Shown piece after piece: positions 50,796 through 61,607 of a DNA stretch of 64,000 bases (its first letter is position 1; each line of letters opens with the position of its first letter). The notes beneath the pieces are model-generated. The model ran no database searches and was not told the origin of the DNA. It worked only from the letters and a program-made list of their open reading frames with translations. This DNA is from a virus (Duplodnaviria; Caudoviricetes). The translations under genes were made by a program, and so were the position numbers. The stretch is from IMG/VR virus record IMGVR_UViG_3300027845_000349, positions 1 to 64,000 of that record, one strand, 5' to 3'.

Positions 50796-50839
50796 TAAAA
50801 CACGCAATGCGTATATAAAGTAGTTAAGCGAAATAAAAA

Positions 50840-51040
50840 ATGGAGGTTATTATGCACAAGGTTACAATAGATCATTTGAGAGAGATGGCTATTCAGCAAG
50901 GGTATGTTCCTGCAACATGTACATTAGCAGGTCAAATAGTTATGGGCTTAATGAATAAAGGTGAAGATCCTTGTATCGGTTGCAACGCAAACAGAGGGAT
51001 TTGCAAGGGTCGGCCATTTTTGAAATCGCCTAACAACTAA
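50840..51040 (+). CDS. Small Cys-rich protein (in putative gene cassette 1)
   Basis: 66 aa; its stop codon lies inside the attC-like site. Confidence 0.55.
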   Translation: MEVIMHKVTIDHLREMAIQQGYVPATCTLAGQIVMGLMNKGEDPCIGCNANRGICKGRPFLKSPNN

Positions 51041-51106
51041 TATATAGTTCGCTTCGCTCTCCCAAATTGAGCAAGCTCAACTTTATATATTAGACAAACG
51101 TTATAT
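51028..51106 (+). mobile_element. attC-like integron recombination site 1
   Basis: R'' GCCTAAC, CTAATATATA/TATATATTAG inverted boxes, inner GCTT-CGCTC/GAGC-AAGC stem, R' GTTATAT. Confidence 0.6.
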
Positions 51107-51129
51107 TCAATTTTACAAAGGGGGTTATA

Positions 51130-51318
51130 GTGTTTGTATGTAAAAAATGCAAAAAAGTATTTAGTTTTATGAGCGACAGGGACTTGCATCAAAGCATTTG
51201 CAAAACTAAATATAACATTGAATATATGAAATGTAGGTACAATATGGACTCTTGTATAAACGAAGGGACGGTAGAATGTGAAGACTGTGTCCCTAAGTAT
51301 TATGCCAGTACATATTGA
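51130..51318 (+). CDS. Small Cys-rich ORF (in putative gene cassette 2)
   Basis: CKKC..H...C; the ORF runs into the attC-like site 2. Confidence 0.4.
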   Translation: MFVCKKCKKVFSFMSDRDLHQSICKTKYNIEYMKCRYNMDSCINEGTVECEDCVPKYYASTY

Positions 51319-51346
51319 CACTGCATATATTCGCAGAACGTTAGAT
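51210..51346 (+). mobile_element. attC-like integron recombination site 2
   Basis: R'' ATATAAC (exact complement of the preceding GTTATAT), GAATATATG/CATATATTC, CAATATG/CATATTG, AGGGAC/GTCCCT, R' GTTAGAT. Confidence 0.6.
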
Positions 51347-51368
51347 AGAAAGACAAGGAAGATAAACA

Positions 51369-51683
51369 ATGATTACAGATAAACAGGCTGATGATTTTGT
51401 GAAAGTTATTCATTCCGCAGCAATAAAAACAACCAAACTGCTTGAAGAAGCAGGTATAGAACCACAAGAGAAGATAGAATTATTACCTTGTCCTTTTTGT
51501 GGAGGAACTGAAATTAACACAGGGGCATTTAGTTACTGCCCAGATTGTTTTATTAAGTGTGAAACCTGTGGTGCAAACTTTGAGCTAGAAGTCCCATGGG
51601 AAGATATGGACGAAAAAGAGCATGATAAAAAATGCTATGAGTTGTTAAAAGAAAAATGGAACACAAGGATAAACAATGAATGA
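51369..51683 (+). CDS. Lar family restriction alleviation protein
   Basis: ELLPCPFCGG...CETCGA...WNTR. Confidence 0.75.
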   Translation: MITDKQADDFVKVIHSAAIKTTKLLEEAGIEPQEKIELLPCPFCGGTEINTGAFSYCPDCFIKCETCGANFELEVPWEDMDEKEHDKKCYELLKEKWNTRINNE

Positions 51684-53369
51684 TAGGAAGTGTGAATATT
51701 GCATAAAAGAAGATGTGTGTATGATTAAGGGAAGTGATAAAAAAGTGATAGGATGTGGTCATTTTACAGGCATAGAACCACAAGGGAAGACAGGAGATAA
51801 ATATATTCACGAAAAATGTAAAACATGTAGAAATTGCAGATGTTTTGATTGGTGTGGGGATGAGGGAAAAATAGGTAGAACAATACATTGCGATAAATGG
51901 GAAGCAGATAATCAACAGTCTACCAGTGAATATGATATAAAAAAAGATATTGAATACTTAAGCATATTCTTTCAGGGAGTGGATGATTTAAAAGCACATC
52001 AATCATATTTAAGAGTTATTGCCAAAATAATTGAAAACAAAGCAGCTCTCCAGAAATCCCAGGAGGATATAAGAATTGATATGAACTCAATAATTAAACA
52101 GAACGAAGAATATAATAAAATGACTCATTTTTCTGCGTTTTACGATGGCGAAGATATTTCTTTTAGAGCTGATATATTTGAAAATAGATTCAAAGATGCC
52201 ATAGATTTAGCATACAAATCAGCTCTCCAGAAATCACAGAAAGAGAGAGAATCCCTTGAGGAATATTGTGATACATGTGGGGGAACCTCAAAAATAGAGA
52301 ACTGCGATCCTATTCCACATGAAGATCCATGTCATAATGAATATTGTAGAAACGGGAGAGTGCCATTAGGTGTAAATGACCTATTATCAAAGAATTGTGA
52401 TTTAGAAGATAAAGCCAAACAACTAGAGCAACAAATATTAGAAGAAAGAGAAATCCAACAAGTTAAGAAAGCTAAATTTTATGACAAGCTTCAAACTAAG
52501 AATAATCAAATAGAACTAATGAAATACTGCATTAACTGTAAAGATCACATGGTAGAGTCAAACAACTGTCTGCATAATACCAAAGATGGTGAATGTTGCG
52601 GCAATTGGACACTAAGGATAACAATTGAAAGATAAAGTTTTACATCTGTCTGAATGTGGCTGTTATAGAATGGTTGCTATAGATGACAAAATTCAATCAC
52701 AGAAGCTTGTTAACTCAGAATGGGAAACTAATTATCTAGAAATGCCAGTAGGTTTAATCCCTATAGGTGAATTAACTACCTGGGATGGGAGAACTTCTCT
52801 AAGTCTTGGAGAAGATACGCCTAAAGAAAACTGTAGAAACTGTGGAAGCTCTAAAAAAAGTCATAGAGGTAATTGTGCTTATTGTGGAACATAGGAGATA
52901 TAATTGACTGATAAAAATATCATTTGTAATGATTGCAAAAAAAGAGTAAAATATATTAACACTAGACTCGGGGGAACAGTTAAGTGTGATCCCAATTCTG
53001 TAAAAGCATATCAAGAATCTGGAAGGATAGTAGAGGTATATTTAATTCATGAGTGTAGTAACAATAGATCATCTGATGAAACACTTATCAAAGAAGCTCA
53101 AGAAAGGAAATTATGGACAGGTCCTGATACACATTAAGGATGGTGAAGTTACCGGAGTAACAGATAAAATAGATTTTAATTCTGCAGCATTTGTTGATCA
53201 TGTTGCAAGATCAACAACTCGTTATGTAGTAAAGAATAAAAAGACTACTGAAGAAGAAAATAATAAACAAATTGCAGATAATTGCAATAATAGTGAAAAA
53301 AGTGTAATAATAGTGAACAATCCTGTCAGTACAGTATTAGAGGAAAATAAAGAGAAGAGTAAGGAGTGA
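51676..53369 (+). other. Hypothetical CDSs (51676-52635 mosaic Cys-rich, 52625-52894, 52904-53137, ~53049-53369)
   Basis: ORF track. Confidence 0.55.
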
Positions 53370-53421
53370 ATATCATTCTAATGCCGATATACTCCTTTAA
53401 AAGGGGGGAAGAGTAGTTATT

Positions 53422-54129
53422 ATGCATAAGGGATATTGTACAGTTTGCAAGCATGAGAAATTTGAGGAAATAAATAAAATGTTGCTCAATAATGCAACTC
53501 TTGCGTCAATAAGTAAAACATATGGGATTAGCTATAGAACTATCAAAAAACATCAAGATAAGTGCTTTTCACGGGTACTAGAGTCTAATAAAAAGGCAAA
53601 AGACTCCTTTGTATCAAATATTCTTCTTAAAAATGTAGAAGAAAAATTAGCCTTATTAGACAAAATTATATATGGATGTAGCGATTATCTTACAGATCCT
53701 GCAGATTCAGAGAAATTCTTTATGGGGGCCAGGAGTACAGAGGTTGATATTGTCTATCAGGAAAAAAATGAAAGAAGCGGTAAACTTGGTGCTTTCCAGA
53801 AAAAAGCGACACTTCAATCTTTATTGAACACTGTTGAATCTACAGACCGGTTTGTTATAAGCAATGTACAGATAAAACATTCAGATCCTAGAGATTTATT
53901 AATAAAAGGAGTAAGTGAGCTTAAACAGGTGGTAAAAATGTTAATTGATACCACTCAGGTTGTTGTTGAAAATGAATATAAAAGCAAAGCCCTTGATAAA
54001 GCCACAAAAGAGGGTGGATCTATCTCATTCGAAAAAGAAATTGCTACAATAACAGAAAGGGTTACAATTGCATTAAAAGAATCAAACACAGAAGAATTAT
54101 CCATTCTTGCTGAACTGCCAGAACTATAA
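53422..54129 (+). CDS. terS: Probable terminase small subunit
   Basis: N-terminal CTVCKH..EINKML..TLASISKTYGISYRTIKKH HTH pattern seen in TerS proteins, followed by helical domain; SD GGGGG. Confidence 0.55.
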   Translation: MHKGYCTVCKHEKFEEINKMLLNNATLASISKTYGISYRTIKKHQDKCFSRVLESNKKAKDSFVSNILLKNVEEKLALLDKIIYGCSDYLTDPADSEKFFMGARSTEVDIVYQEKNERSGKLGAFQKKATLQSLLNTVESTDRFVISNVQIKHSDPRDLLIKGVSELKQVVKMLIDTTQVVVENEYKSKALDKATKEGGSISFEKEIATITERVTIALKESNTEELSILAELPEL

Positions 54130-54158
54130 TTGCAAATATAAATTAATTATGCTATTCT
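54130..54158 (+). promoter_or_regulatory. Promoter TTGCAA-N17-TATTCT with extended -10 TG
   Basis: Read directly from the sequence, upstream of the second structural cluster. Confidence 0.6.
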
Positions 54159-54191
54159 TGTTTTAATATATAGGATTTTAAAGGGAATTAT

Positions 54192-56387
54192 ATGGCAACA
54201 GGCGATATATTATCATGTTCAGTAAACGCTAATGGTTGGACTATTGATATCACTATAGAAGGTCAGGGAATAAGCGGAACTTATGATCCTGGTCTTGGTG
54301 TTAATAACGACCCAACAAATTCCAAAATAAAGATTTATTGCACAGAACCTGGATTTACTGATATTGGAGGGATTACAACAGTTTCAAAAACTGTTTATTG
54401 TACAGGATCATTAAGAAAACCATATCCTGATGAGTCTACAAAACAAGAGATAGTAAGTGGATCAGATATAATATTAACGGTTAAATTATCTGATTTTATA
54501 GGTTCCGGTGCTACATTAATAACTGCCGATGTTTTATCAGGATTCTATACAGATACTGTTTCAAATAACCAAGTATTAGGTTTAAGTGTAACAAATAATT
54601 CAACAGCTACATATGGAAAGGTGATAGCAAATTGGTCTTATCCAGGTAATAGCCAAATAGTTGATTCTCTCCAGCTAAAAGCAGTTGCATTTCATAGATC
54701 TGCTACAGAAGGGGACTCTGTAAAAGCAGTTAAGTTCATATTGACTGATGAATCTTTAAATACTGTTACAAAAATAATCACTACAACAACTCCAACTATT
54801 GAATCTGTAACAGGAATATGTATTGAAGAATATATTGCTAATTTTGATAGTGTTGAATTGTCAACATTAACAGCAGAAGAAGATATTTCTTGTGATTTCA
54901 TAGCCTATCCTATTGTTGGGAATTCATCTTCTATATTGGATACATCAGATTTGGCTCATACAAGTGCTGATTGGAGATACAAGACCCAAATTAATTATTA
55001 TGATCCTTTGGAAGCGTATGATAAAATTTATGCAGTGGTAGACCCAATAAGTGGTAACGATTTAACCGGAGTTGCCAGTTCTACGTTTTCAACAGCAGAT
55101 TCTAATAGATTTGCAACTATATTTACATCTATAAGAGAAATTAGAGATGTAAACAACGGTAATGGAAGAAATAATGCTTCTAATGGAGTAGTTTATCTCG
55201 TTGATGGAGAACATGAATGGGCTGGGGGTAATGTTTTTACTCCAACAGATAACCTTGAAAAAGTGTGGTTGAATATAATTCCATATCCAGGAGAGAGTAA
55301 AAGTACTGTTTCAGCAGTACCTAGTTCAGATTCAGGTGATAGATATACTGTGAGTAAATATGTAAAAGTTAGTGATATATCCTTCTCAAGATCAATAAGT
55401 GCTTATTGGTTTCGAAATAACATAACCGATGGAGAAATATGGGTAGAGGACTGCGATATAGACACATCAGGAGCTAATTATTTTGCGTGGCAATTAGGAT
55501 ATGATGTGAGATCTATAACAAATTGTTCATGGGTACTTACAGAAGCTTTAGTTATAGGAGCTGATCTTCTTAGAGGATCAAGTTTTACAGGAGCTGGAGA
55601 TATAGAATATGCAACTAATTTCCTAGGGAATTCTTTTAGCTGTGGAGTATCTGAAGAATCTAACCAAATAACCGATTCAACTAATTCTGGAGATTCTGTA
55701 GATGGAGCCATAATTGCCTTCAACAAATTCCTTAATCAAAACAATACCATTATATCGATAGGCCAATACGCTCTTACTCATGGGATGGCTATTATTCAAA
55801 ATATACTTGAAAGAGCAATAGAAGGTACTGGGACCTATCCAGCTATGATCTTTTATGCGAGTAACCCAGTTGGAATACCAAATATTCTTAAATGGTATAA
55901 TACAGTAGCCGGACAACGAGAAAATATGTCATATAACTCTACTGGAACAGTATCTGTAGATTTTGTTAACTGGTCAGAGCGTGGAAACATAGATTTATAT
56001 AGAGCATATAAGAGTGATTTATTTGCACCAGCTAGCGGGAATAGAATTGGTAACTGGCCATGTGGTTTTCAAGTTAGCGGTTATGGTAATCTAGTCCAGG
56101 ATTCAGCTTTCCCTGTTGAATTTGCGGGAATCAACAGTATATTGAAAGCAGGTGTTATTTGGGGCTATGTAAATGATGCCAGTATTACAGGGACAGGATT
56201 GGGTGATGGAGATTATCATTTAGAATCAAATAGCGAAGCTTTAGGTCTTATGGTAGGAAATTCAATGATGCTATCATATGATTTAGATGGGAATAATAGA
56301 TTAAGTGGTGGAGCAGCAGGAGCATATGAATATATTTTTGGGGCTAATATACCAGTATTTATGAATAGTTACAGGAGAAGAATATGA
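54192..56387 (+). CDS. Large virion fibre/spike protein with parallel beta-helix (pectate-lyase-like) region
   Basis: 731 aa; VVYLVDGEH start and C-terminal GDYHLESNSEA..YDLDGNNR..AAGAYE typical of right-handed beta-helix proteins. Confidence 0.65.
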   Translation: MATGDILSCSVNANGWTIDITIEGQGISGTYDPGLGVNNDPTNSKIKIYCTEPGFTDIGGITTVSKTVYCTGSLRKPYPDESTKQEIVSGSDIILTVKLSDFIGSGATLITADVLSGFYTDTVSNNQVLGLSVTNNSTATYGKVIANWSYPGNSQIVDSLQLKAVAFHRSATEGDSVKAVKFILTDESLNTVTKIITTTTPTIESVTGICIEEYIANFDSVELSTLTAEEDISCDFIAYPIVGNSSSILDTSDLAHTSADWRYKTQINYYDPLEAYDKIYAVVDPISGNDLTGVASSTFSTADSNRFATIFTSIREIRDVNNGNGRNNASNGVVYLVDGEHEWAGGNVFTPTDNLEKVWLNIIPYPGESKSTVSAVPSSDSGDRYTVSKYVKVSDISFSRSISAYWFRNNITDGEIWVEDCDIDTSGANYFAWQLGYDVRSITNCSWVLTEALVIGADLLRGSSFTGAGDIEYATNFLGNSFSCGVSEESNQITDSTNSGDSVDGAIIAFNKFLNQNNTIISIGQYALTHGMAIIQNILERAIEGTGTYPAMIFYASNPVGIPNILKWYNTVAGQRENMSYNSTGTVSVDFVNWSERGNIDLYRAYKSDLFAPASGNRIGNWPCGFQVSGYGNLVQDSAFPVEFAGINSILKAGVIWGYVNDASITGTGLGDGDYHLESNSEALGLMVGNSMMLSYDLDGNNRLSGGAAGAYEYIFGANIPVFMNSYRRRI

Positions 56388-57052
56388 TAAATATAAAACA
56401 AAATACGGCTGTTACATTACTAATAGGTCCATTCCTTGATGAAACAGATGGTGTAACTCCTGAAACCGGTTTAACAATAGCTCAAGCAGATATTAGATTA
56501 TCTAAAAACGGTGGTAATATGGCTCAGAAAAATGATGCTACAAGTTGTATCCATGATGAGCTTGGTTATTATACTTGTCCTTTAGATGCTACAGATTCAA
56601 ATACATTAGGAATATTAAAACTTTCTGTTGCTCCTTCAGGATCTTTACCAGTTTGGGTAGATATAATGGTATTAACTGCGGAAGCTTATGACACATTGTA
56701 TGGAACTGATAATTTTACTGTTGATCTATCCGCTACAGCTTTAACTAATGTTAATTCAGAAGTCGATACAGCTTTAACCGATTATGATGGTCCTACCAAT
56801 ACAGAGATGGAAGCTAGAACCGTTGTATCTGCTAATTATGCTCTTGAAACTTCTGTTCAGACATCTATTGCTAATATAGCAGCTTTACAAGTTGATATAA
56901 CTGAAATTCTTGATTATGAAGCTGGAGATTGGGAAATAGTAAGTGATCAGATGATATTTAAAACAAAAGGTGGCTCAACTTTAGCAACTTATGATTTAAC
57001 CAAAGATGGAATACCAGATTCAAGTGCTCCTGATAAGAGAGAAAAAGTATGA
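56384..57052 (+). CDS. Virion structural protein (fibre/decoration-associated)
   Basis: GPFLDETDGVTPETGLTIAQADIRLSKNGG; T/D-rich composition. Confidence 0.55.
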   Translation: MINIKQNTAVTLLIGPFLDETDGVTPETGLTIAQADIRLSKNGGNMAQKNDATSCIHDELGYYTCPLDATDSNTLGILKLSVAPSGSLPVWVDIMVLTAEAYDTLYGTDNFTVDLSATALTNVNSEVDTALTDYDGPTNTEMEARTVVSANYALETSVQTSIANIAALQVDITEILDYEAGDWEIVSDQMIFKTKGGSTLATYDLTKDGIPDSSAPDKREKV

Positions 57053-57228
57053 GTCAAATAATTACAAAGGGATATAACTCTGGGAAAATAATAATTTTGG
57101 GATATGTAGGAAGCACAAGAGCCCCTATAAAACCTGATGATATTGTGACTCCAGGAGTCATACAACGGAATTTGTCAACTTCTGGATATATCCAAAGAAC
57201 CTTAACAACTTCAGGAGATTTATCATGA
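57049..57228 (+). CDS. Small structural-type protein (59 aa)
   Basis: ATGA overlaps at both ends; MSQIITKGYNSG...; not in the ORF track. Confidence 0.6.
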   Translation: MSQIITKGYNSGKIIILGYVGSTRAPIKPDDIVTPGVIQRNLSTSGYIQRTLTTSGDLS

Positions 57229-57536
57229 TTTTTACAAACCAACCTATTACACTTTCTACAGCATTTACCGATGATGACGGAATAGTCGATTTAACAGGTG
57301 CTACAATAAGATATGATTATTGGTATCCTGCCAACACCACAAGTACTCCAACAGGATCAGTAGATGGTATTGTTGTTAATGAATCTTTGGGTCTTGCTTC
57401 TGGTGTAATCCCTGCCAGTATAAATATATGGGCAGCTACTACTTGGAGAGTCCAGGGAGTTGCTATCATATCAGGAGATGAATATGCAGAATGTACAACT
57501 ACATTTGAAGTATCTTCAAGAGGAGATAGTTGCTAA
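57225..57536 (+). CDS. BppU-N-like / Ig-like structural protein
   Basis: VDLTGATIRYDY...WRVQGVA..TTTFEV. Confidence 0.55.
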   Translation: MIFTNQPITLSTAFTDDDGIVDLTGATIRYDYWYPANTTSTPTGSVDGIVVNESLGLASGVIPASINIWAATTWRVQGVAIISGDEYAECTTTFEVSSRGDSC

Positions 57537-57552
57537 ATTAATAACAATATGC

Positions 57553-57581
57553 TTGATTTAATATATAAACAGGTGTATTGT
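57553..57581 (+). promoter_or_regulatory. Promoter TTGATT-N17-TATTGT with extended -10 TG
   Basis: Read directly; shares the TAAACAGG spacer motif with the 3453 promoter. Confidence 0.5.
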
Positions 57582-60078
57582 TGTTAACAGGGGGAATAAT
57601 GATAAAAAATGAATCAAGAGATCCGTATAATCTAAACAAAATACTTCCGGAATTTTCTATAAAAGAAATAGAAAATATAATAAACCCAATTACCGGGATC
57701 CACAAGAAAGGTATAGTAATAAGATCAAAGCTTGGATATTGCCTGATAAATACCGGTAATGTGACAATACACTCTTCAAATGGTAAATACATCATTGATG
57801 ACGGAGTTACTATCGATACAATACCTGTTGAAGAATTAGAATCTTATGAGGTTATGTAGTGAATGAAAAATGCAACTATCAAACCATGAAAATGTGTGAT
57901 AGAGCTAAAGACAGTGGAATTATTAGTTTCGGACAGGCTATTAGTGAAGGGTTTAGAGCAACTATAATAGGCTCAGGATTAATAATAGATTTCTGTCCTT
58001 ATTGTGGCGAATCACTAAAAGAGATTGAAATCAGAATGATAAACATAAGTGAATATGGAGAAAGTCCTATTGTAGGTTGGTTAAAAAAACAAAATTTAAG
58101 AGCTCCTATTATTCCTATTTCTGCCGGAAAAGTTGATTTAGACTATAAGCCTAATAGAAATCTTTTTATTGACTCGTATTTTGCAAATTATAAATATTCT
58201 ATGGAAATGGCAAAATTCCAAGAGCATATAAATGATTTAAAATCAGATAGAGACAAGTTGCCAGGATATGCACAAGATTCTCTTGATGCAATTGTAAACA
58301 TATCAATATTTGGGGGTACTTCATGAATTTATCAGAATTAACTATGAGACAATTAATGAAATTAGGTAGAGAACATAATCTTGAAATCTTTAAAAGAACA
58401 TGGTTTATATATGCCGGAATATTGGTTATAGCCGGATTAATATTTCTTTATGATCACATTAATAGTAAAGGGAAGTAATTATGAACCATAGGTGTATGTC
58501 ATATATTAAAAAAACCGGGAAATGTAATTCAATAAAAGGTTCATGTCCTAATAAAAATTTAAATAACTTAGAATGTAAAACATTTGGTATTTATATAGAT
58601 GGGCATAAGCCTCATGATTATTTTCATAATAGAGTTGGAGGAAATGGACAGATATGAGAAAGCAAAAAGCAGATTTTAAAAGTTCTTTAAACAATAGGGC
58701 TTATAATAGCCTAACAATAAAGGTTGAAGACTATGATCTAGAAGTAACTAGAAAACCTACCGTATATTGGAATAGCGGACAAGGAAAAAGAAAACTAGAC
58801 AGCCTAATTCTTAAGGGTTCTGGACATTTATCTGTAAGTCTTCCTAATGGTAATGAGATTATATTATACAATTCTCCCGAAGGATTAAAAGTTAAATAAT
58901 GGAAGAAGAAACCAGAATCACAGAAATTGAAAGAAAAGAGCTTCATGAATTATTGGATATTTCTCTTGAAAAATTGAATACTCCTAAGAATATAAAAAAG
59001 GTTCACTGGTCAAAGCTAAGTATATTACAATTACAGAAGATGTTAATGGTTGAGTCATTTGAATTAGATTTAGCTGTTTGTAATAATTATGGAATAGAAA
59101 GTGAATGTGACGATATAATTAATATTGCATTATTTATAAAACATAATTTATCTAAACACGGGAAGACTAAATGGAAAAAGAAATAATTGTAGAATATGAT
59201 GAAAAAGAATATTCAATAAAATTAGAGGTAGTTAAATATCTTGGAGAATTAACTTATGGACGATATATTCCAGAAGAGAAAAAAATAATAATTGTTGAAA
59301 ATTGCCACATATCTACCATATACCATGAATCTATCCATGCAGCTATCGATATGTTTAGAAGCACAAATGAAAACTTTTCTGAAATATTTGATATTAAATG
59401 TAAATATGGAGAAGAGGCATTTTGTCATTATGTATGTGAAATAGCAAATGGAATCATAGAGGAGATCAAATGAATATAATTAATAAATTAGGAAAAATAC
59501 TTAATAAAACATTTTATGATGATAAAATTAAGGATTTTTTATTTAAAACACTTTTAGTATTAACTTTGATATTTTCACCATTATTCTTTCTATGTTATGG
59601 GATAAAGATATTATTTACTAAATCATGGAAAGAGATAAAGAAAATATTATGAATAAGAAGCAATTAATATTAAATACTGTTAAAGAGCTTGTATCTGGAT
59701 TTTTATATTATGATAGAAAAGAGGACGAAGACCTTCTTCTTGGAGATATCGAAGATCATGTAAAAAATACGGATTTACAGATTGAAGACATGGTAGAAGT
59801 TTTCAGAAATTCTTTAATTAAAGGGATCCACAAAAAATAAAACAATATTATAATAGATTTTAGGGGGAATAATGATTTTTAAGAGACAATATTTAGTATC
59901 ATGTAGATGTTTAAAAGATAATGTAGCTTCATACTTTTCACAGCATTTAATAATAAGTGGTTGGACTCCATTTAATTTATATGTAGATGAGATAGAAGCA
60001 AGAAGATCAATTCATAATTTACATTATTATGATTCAGTATTTATTGTGAGTATATCAAGAATTAAATTAACTAAGTAA
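57578..60078 (+). other. Run of small hypothetical CDSs (57578-57859, 57859-58326, 58654-58899, 58899-59186, 59171-59473 with HExxH, 59470-59652, ~59625-59840, 59872-60078)
   Basis: ORF track; YHESIH in 59171-59473. Confidence 0.55.
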
Positions 60079-60280
60079 TTATTTTTAGGGGGAATAGATG
60101 CATCCAGAAACATATGGTGAAAAATTAGAAACAATACAAGAGGCTAATGAATCCGGGAATTTAGATATTAATGACTGGGAGGTTACATTCTTAGATAGTG
60201 TATATTTTAAAACTGGTCCTGAGCTTTCGCATAAGCAAAAAGTAGCAATTGACAGAATATATAATAAAATAGGGTGATTT

Positions 60281-60787
60281 ATGAATATGCAAAAAGAAAT
60301 ATTAAATCTTCTGAAAAAAGAACCAATGAACCGGTTATCTATAATTAAACATTTATGGAGTCATGATCTTGAGGATGTAAAAGCAAGCTTAAATGCTCTT
60401 ATCATAGAAGGTAAACTTACATACGATGGTCATGATTTCTCTGTAGCCAAGAAGAAGAGTAAAATGGGGAATGTAATAACCGAAGTTGATGGAATAAAGT
60501 TTAGATCTGGGAAAGAGGCTAATCGATATTGTGAACTTAAGATATTATTAAAAGCCGGAGAAATTTCCGATCTACAGCTACAAGTTAAGTTTGAGGCTGC
60601 TCCAGAAGTACAGTGGAACGGAAAGAAGATAAAACCTATCTATTACTATGCTGATTTCGTTTACAAAGACACTGGTACAGGGAAAAAGGTTATAGAAGAT
60701 TGTAAAGGAAGATGTCTTCCACTCTATTTGCTGAAGAGGTCCCATGTAATATTAAATAACCCAGATTGCTGGTTTAAGGAGAGTTAA
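60281..60787 (+). CDS. DUF1064 family PD-(D/E)XK endonuclease with N-terminal winged-helix-like segment
   Basis: KMGNVITEVDGIKFRSGKEANRY, YYADFVY, VIEDCKG. Confidence 0.85.
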   Translation: MNMQKEILNLLKKEPMNRLSIIKHLWSHDLEDVKASLNALIIEGKLTYDGHDFSVAKKKSKMGNVITEVDGIKFRSGKEANRYCELKILLKAGEISDLQLQVKFEAAPEVQWNGKKIKPIYYYADFVYKDTGTGKKVIEDCKGRCLPLYLLKRSHVILNNPDCWFKES

Positions 60788-61418
60788 ATGGAAGAGGATA
60801 AACTAATTTTTAATTGTCCTGAATGTGGGAAAGAATATTCTACAAGTATAGATTCAACCGGTGATATGTGGAGATGTATTTGTGGGCAAAGATTTTCATG
60901 GAGAAAATTCTCTATTCCAAAGGAATCTTATATTAGATTGACTTCTGAACAGATTGAAGAAATTCATTATAGATATCTTACTGATAAGAGTCTACAGATA
61001 TTTAATTCAAGAATTGTAATGATAATGTCAATGGCTATACCATCATATAGGAAAAATAAAACCGGTAATCTTGAAGTTATATATTCTACTGAAGATATGC
61101 GAGAAATTAAAGGAATAGAGAAATTAAGAGATGATTATATTAAAGATCATTATCCAGAATTAATATATATTGGAGAAATAGATGCCATTAACAAATGATA
61201 ATTCAAGGATACATTTCTGTAGATATTGTGGGAAAACTTTAGAAACAAAAAGAGTGGTAATTGGATTCTTTACAAAGACAGTTGAAAAAGCATGCAATTG
61301 CTCTGATTTTGTATTAAATATAGAGATAACAAAGAATATAGACTCCTTGGAAAAGTCAAGACCGAAAGATAAATTTGAAATACGAGAATCTTATTCAATA
61401 GAAGAGATAAAGAATTAA
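60788..61418 (+). other. Two small Cys-containing hypothetical CDSs (60788-61198, 61182-61418)
   Basis: ORF track. Confidence 0.55.
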
Positions 61419-61486
61419 TTTGACATATTAAAATAAATGAGATAATCTTTATTTTTTATATTCTATTTATTATTTACAATTTTCCT

Positions 61487-61516
61487 AAAAGCCCTGGTAT
61501 AAATCAGGGCTTTTTT
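61487..61516 (+). terminator. Intrinsic (possibly bidirectional) terminator isolating the tRNA operon
   Basis: AAAAGCCCTGGT-ATAA-ATCAGGGCTTTT followed by more Ts. Confidence 0.85.
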
Positions 61517-61517
61517 A

Positions 61518-61546
61518 TTGACATAATTATAATATTAAAATAAGGT
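61518..61546 (+). promoter_or_regulatory. Promoter for the leader-tRNA operon (TTGACA-N17-TAAGGT)
   Basis: Perfect -35 at 61518-61523. The -10 assignment is less certain, and TAAGGT could instead serve as the SD of the leader. Confidence 0.6.
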
Positions 61547-61553
61547 AATAAAT

Positions 61554-61607
61554 ATGAACAAGAAAAATCTATACAGTTTATATCTCTCGTTGGTAATGCC
61601 TGAGTGA
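61554..61607 (+). CDS. Attenuator leader peptide MNKKNLYSLYLSLVMPE
   Basis: Eight consecutive Leu/Tyr/Ser codons at 61569-61592; tandem stops TGA TAG; overlaps the antiterminator strand. Confidence 0.8.
   Translation: MNKKNLYSLYLSLVMPE

Noticed and set aside
61420-61448. TTGACA-N17-TAATCT promoter as the driver of the tRNA operon
   Set aside because: It is separated from the leader by the strong terminator at 61487-61516, and no ORF lies between them; its role is unclear.
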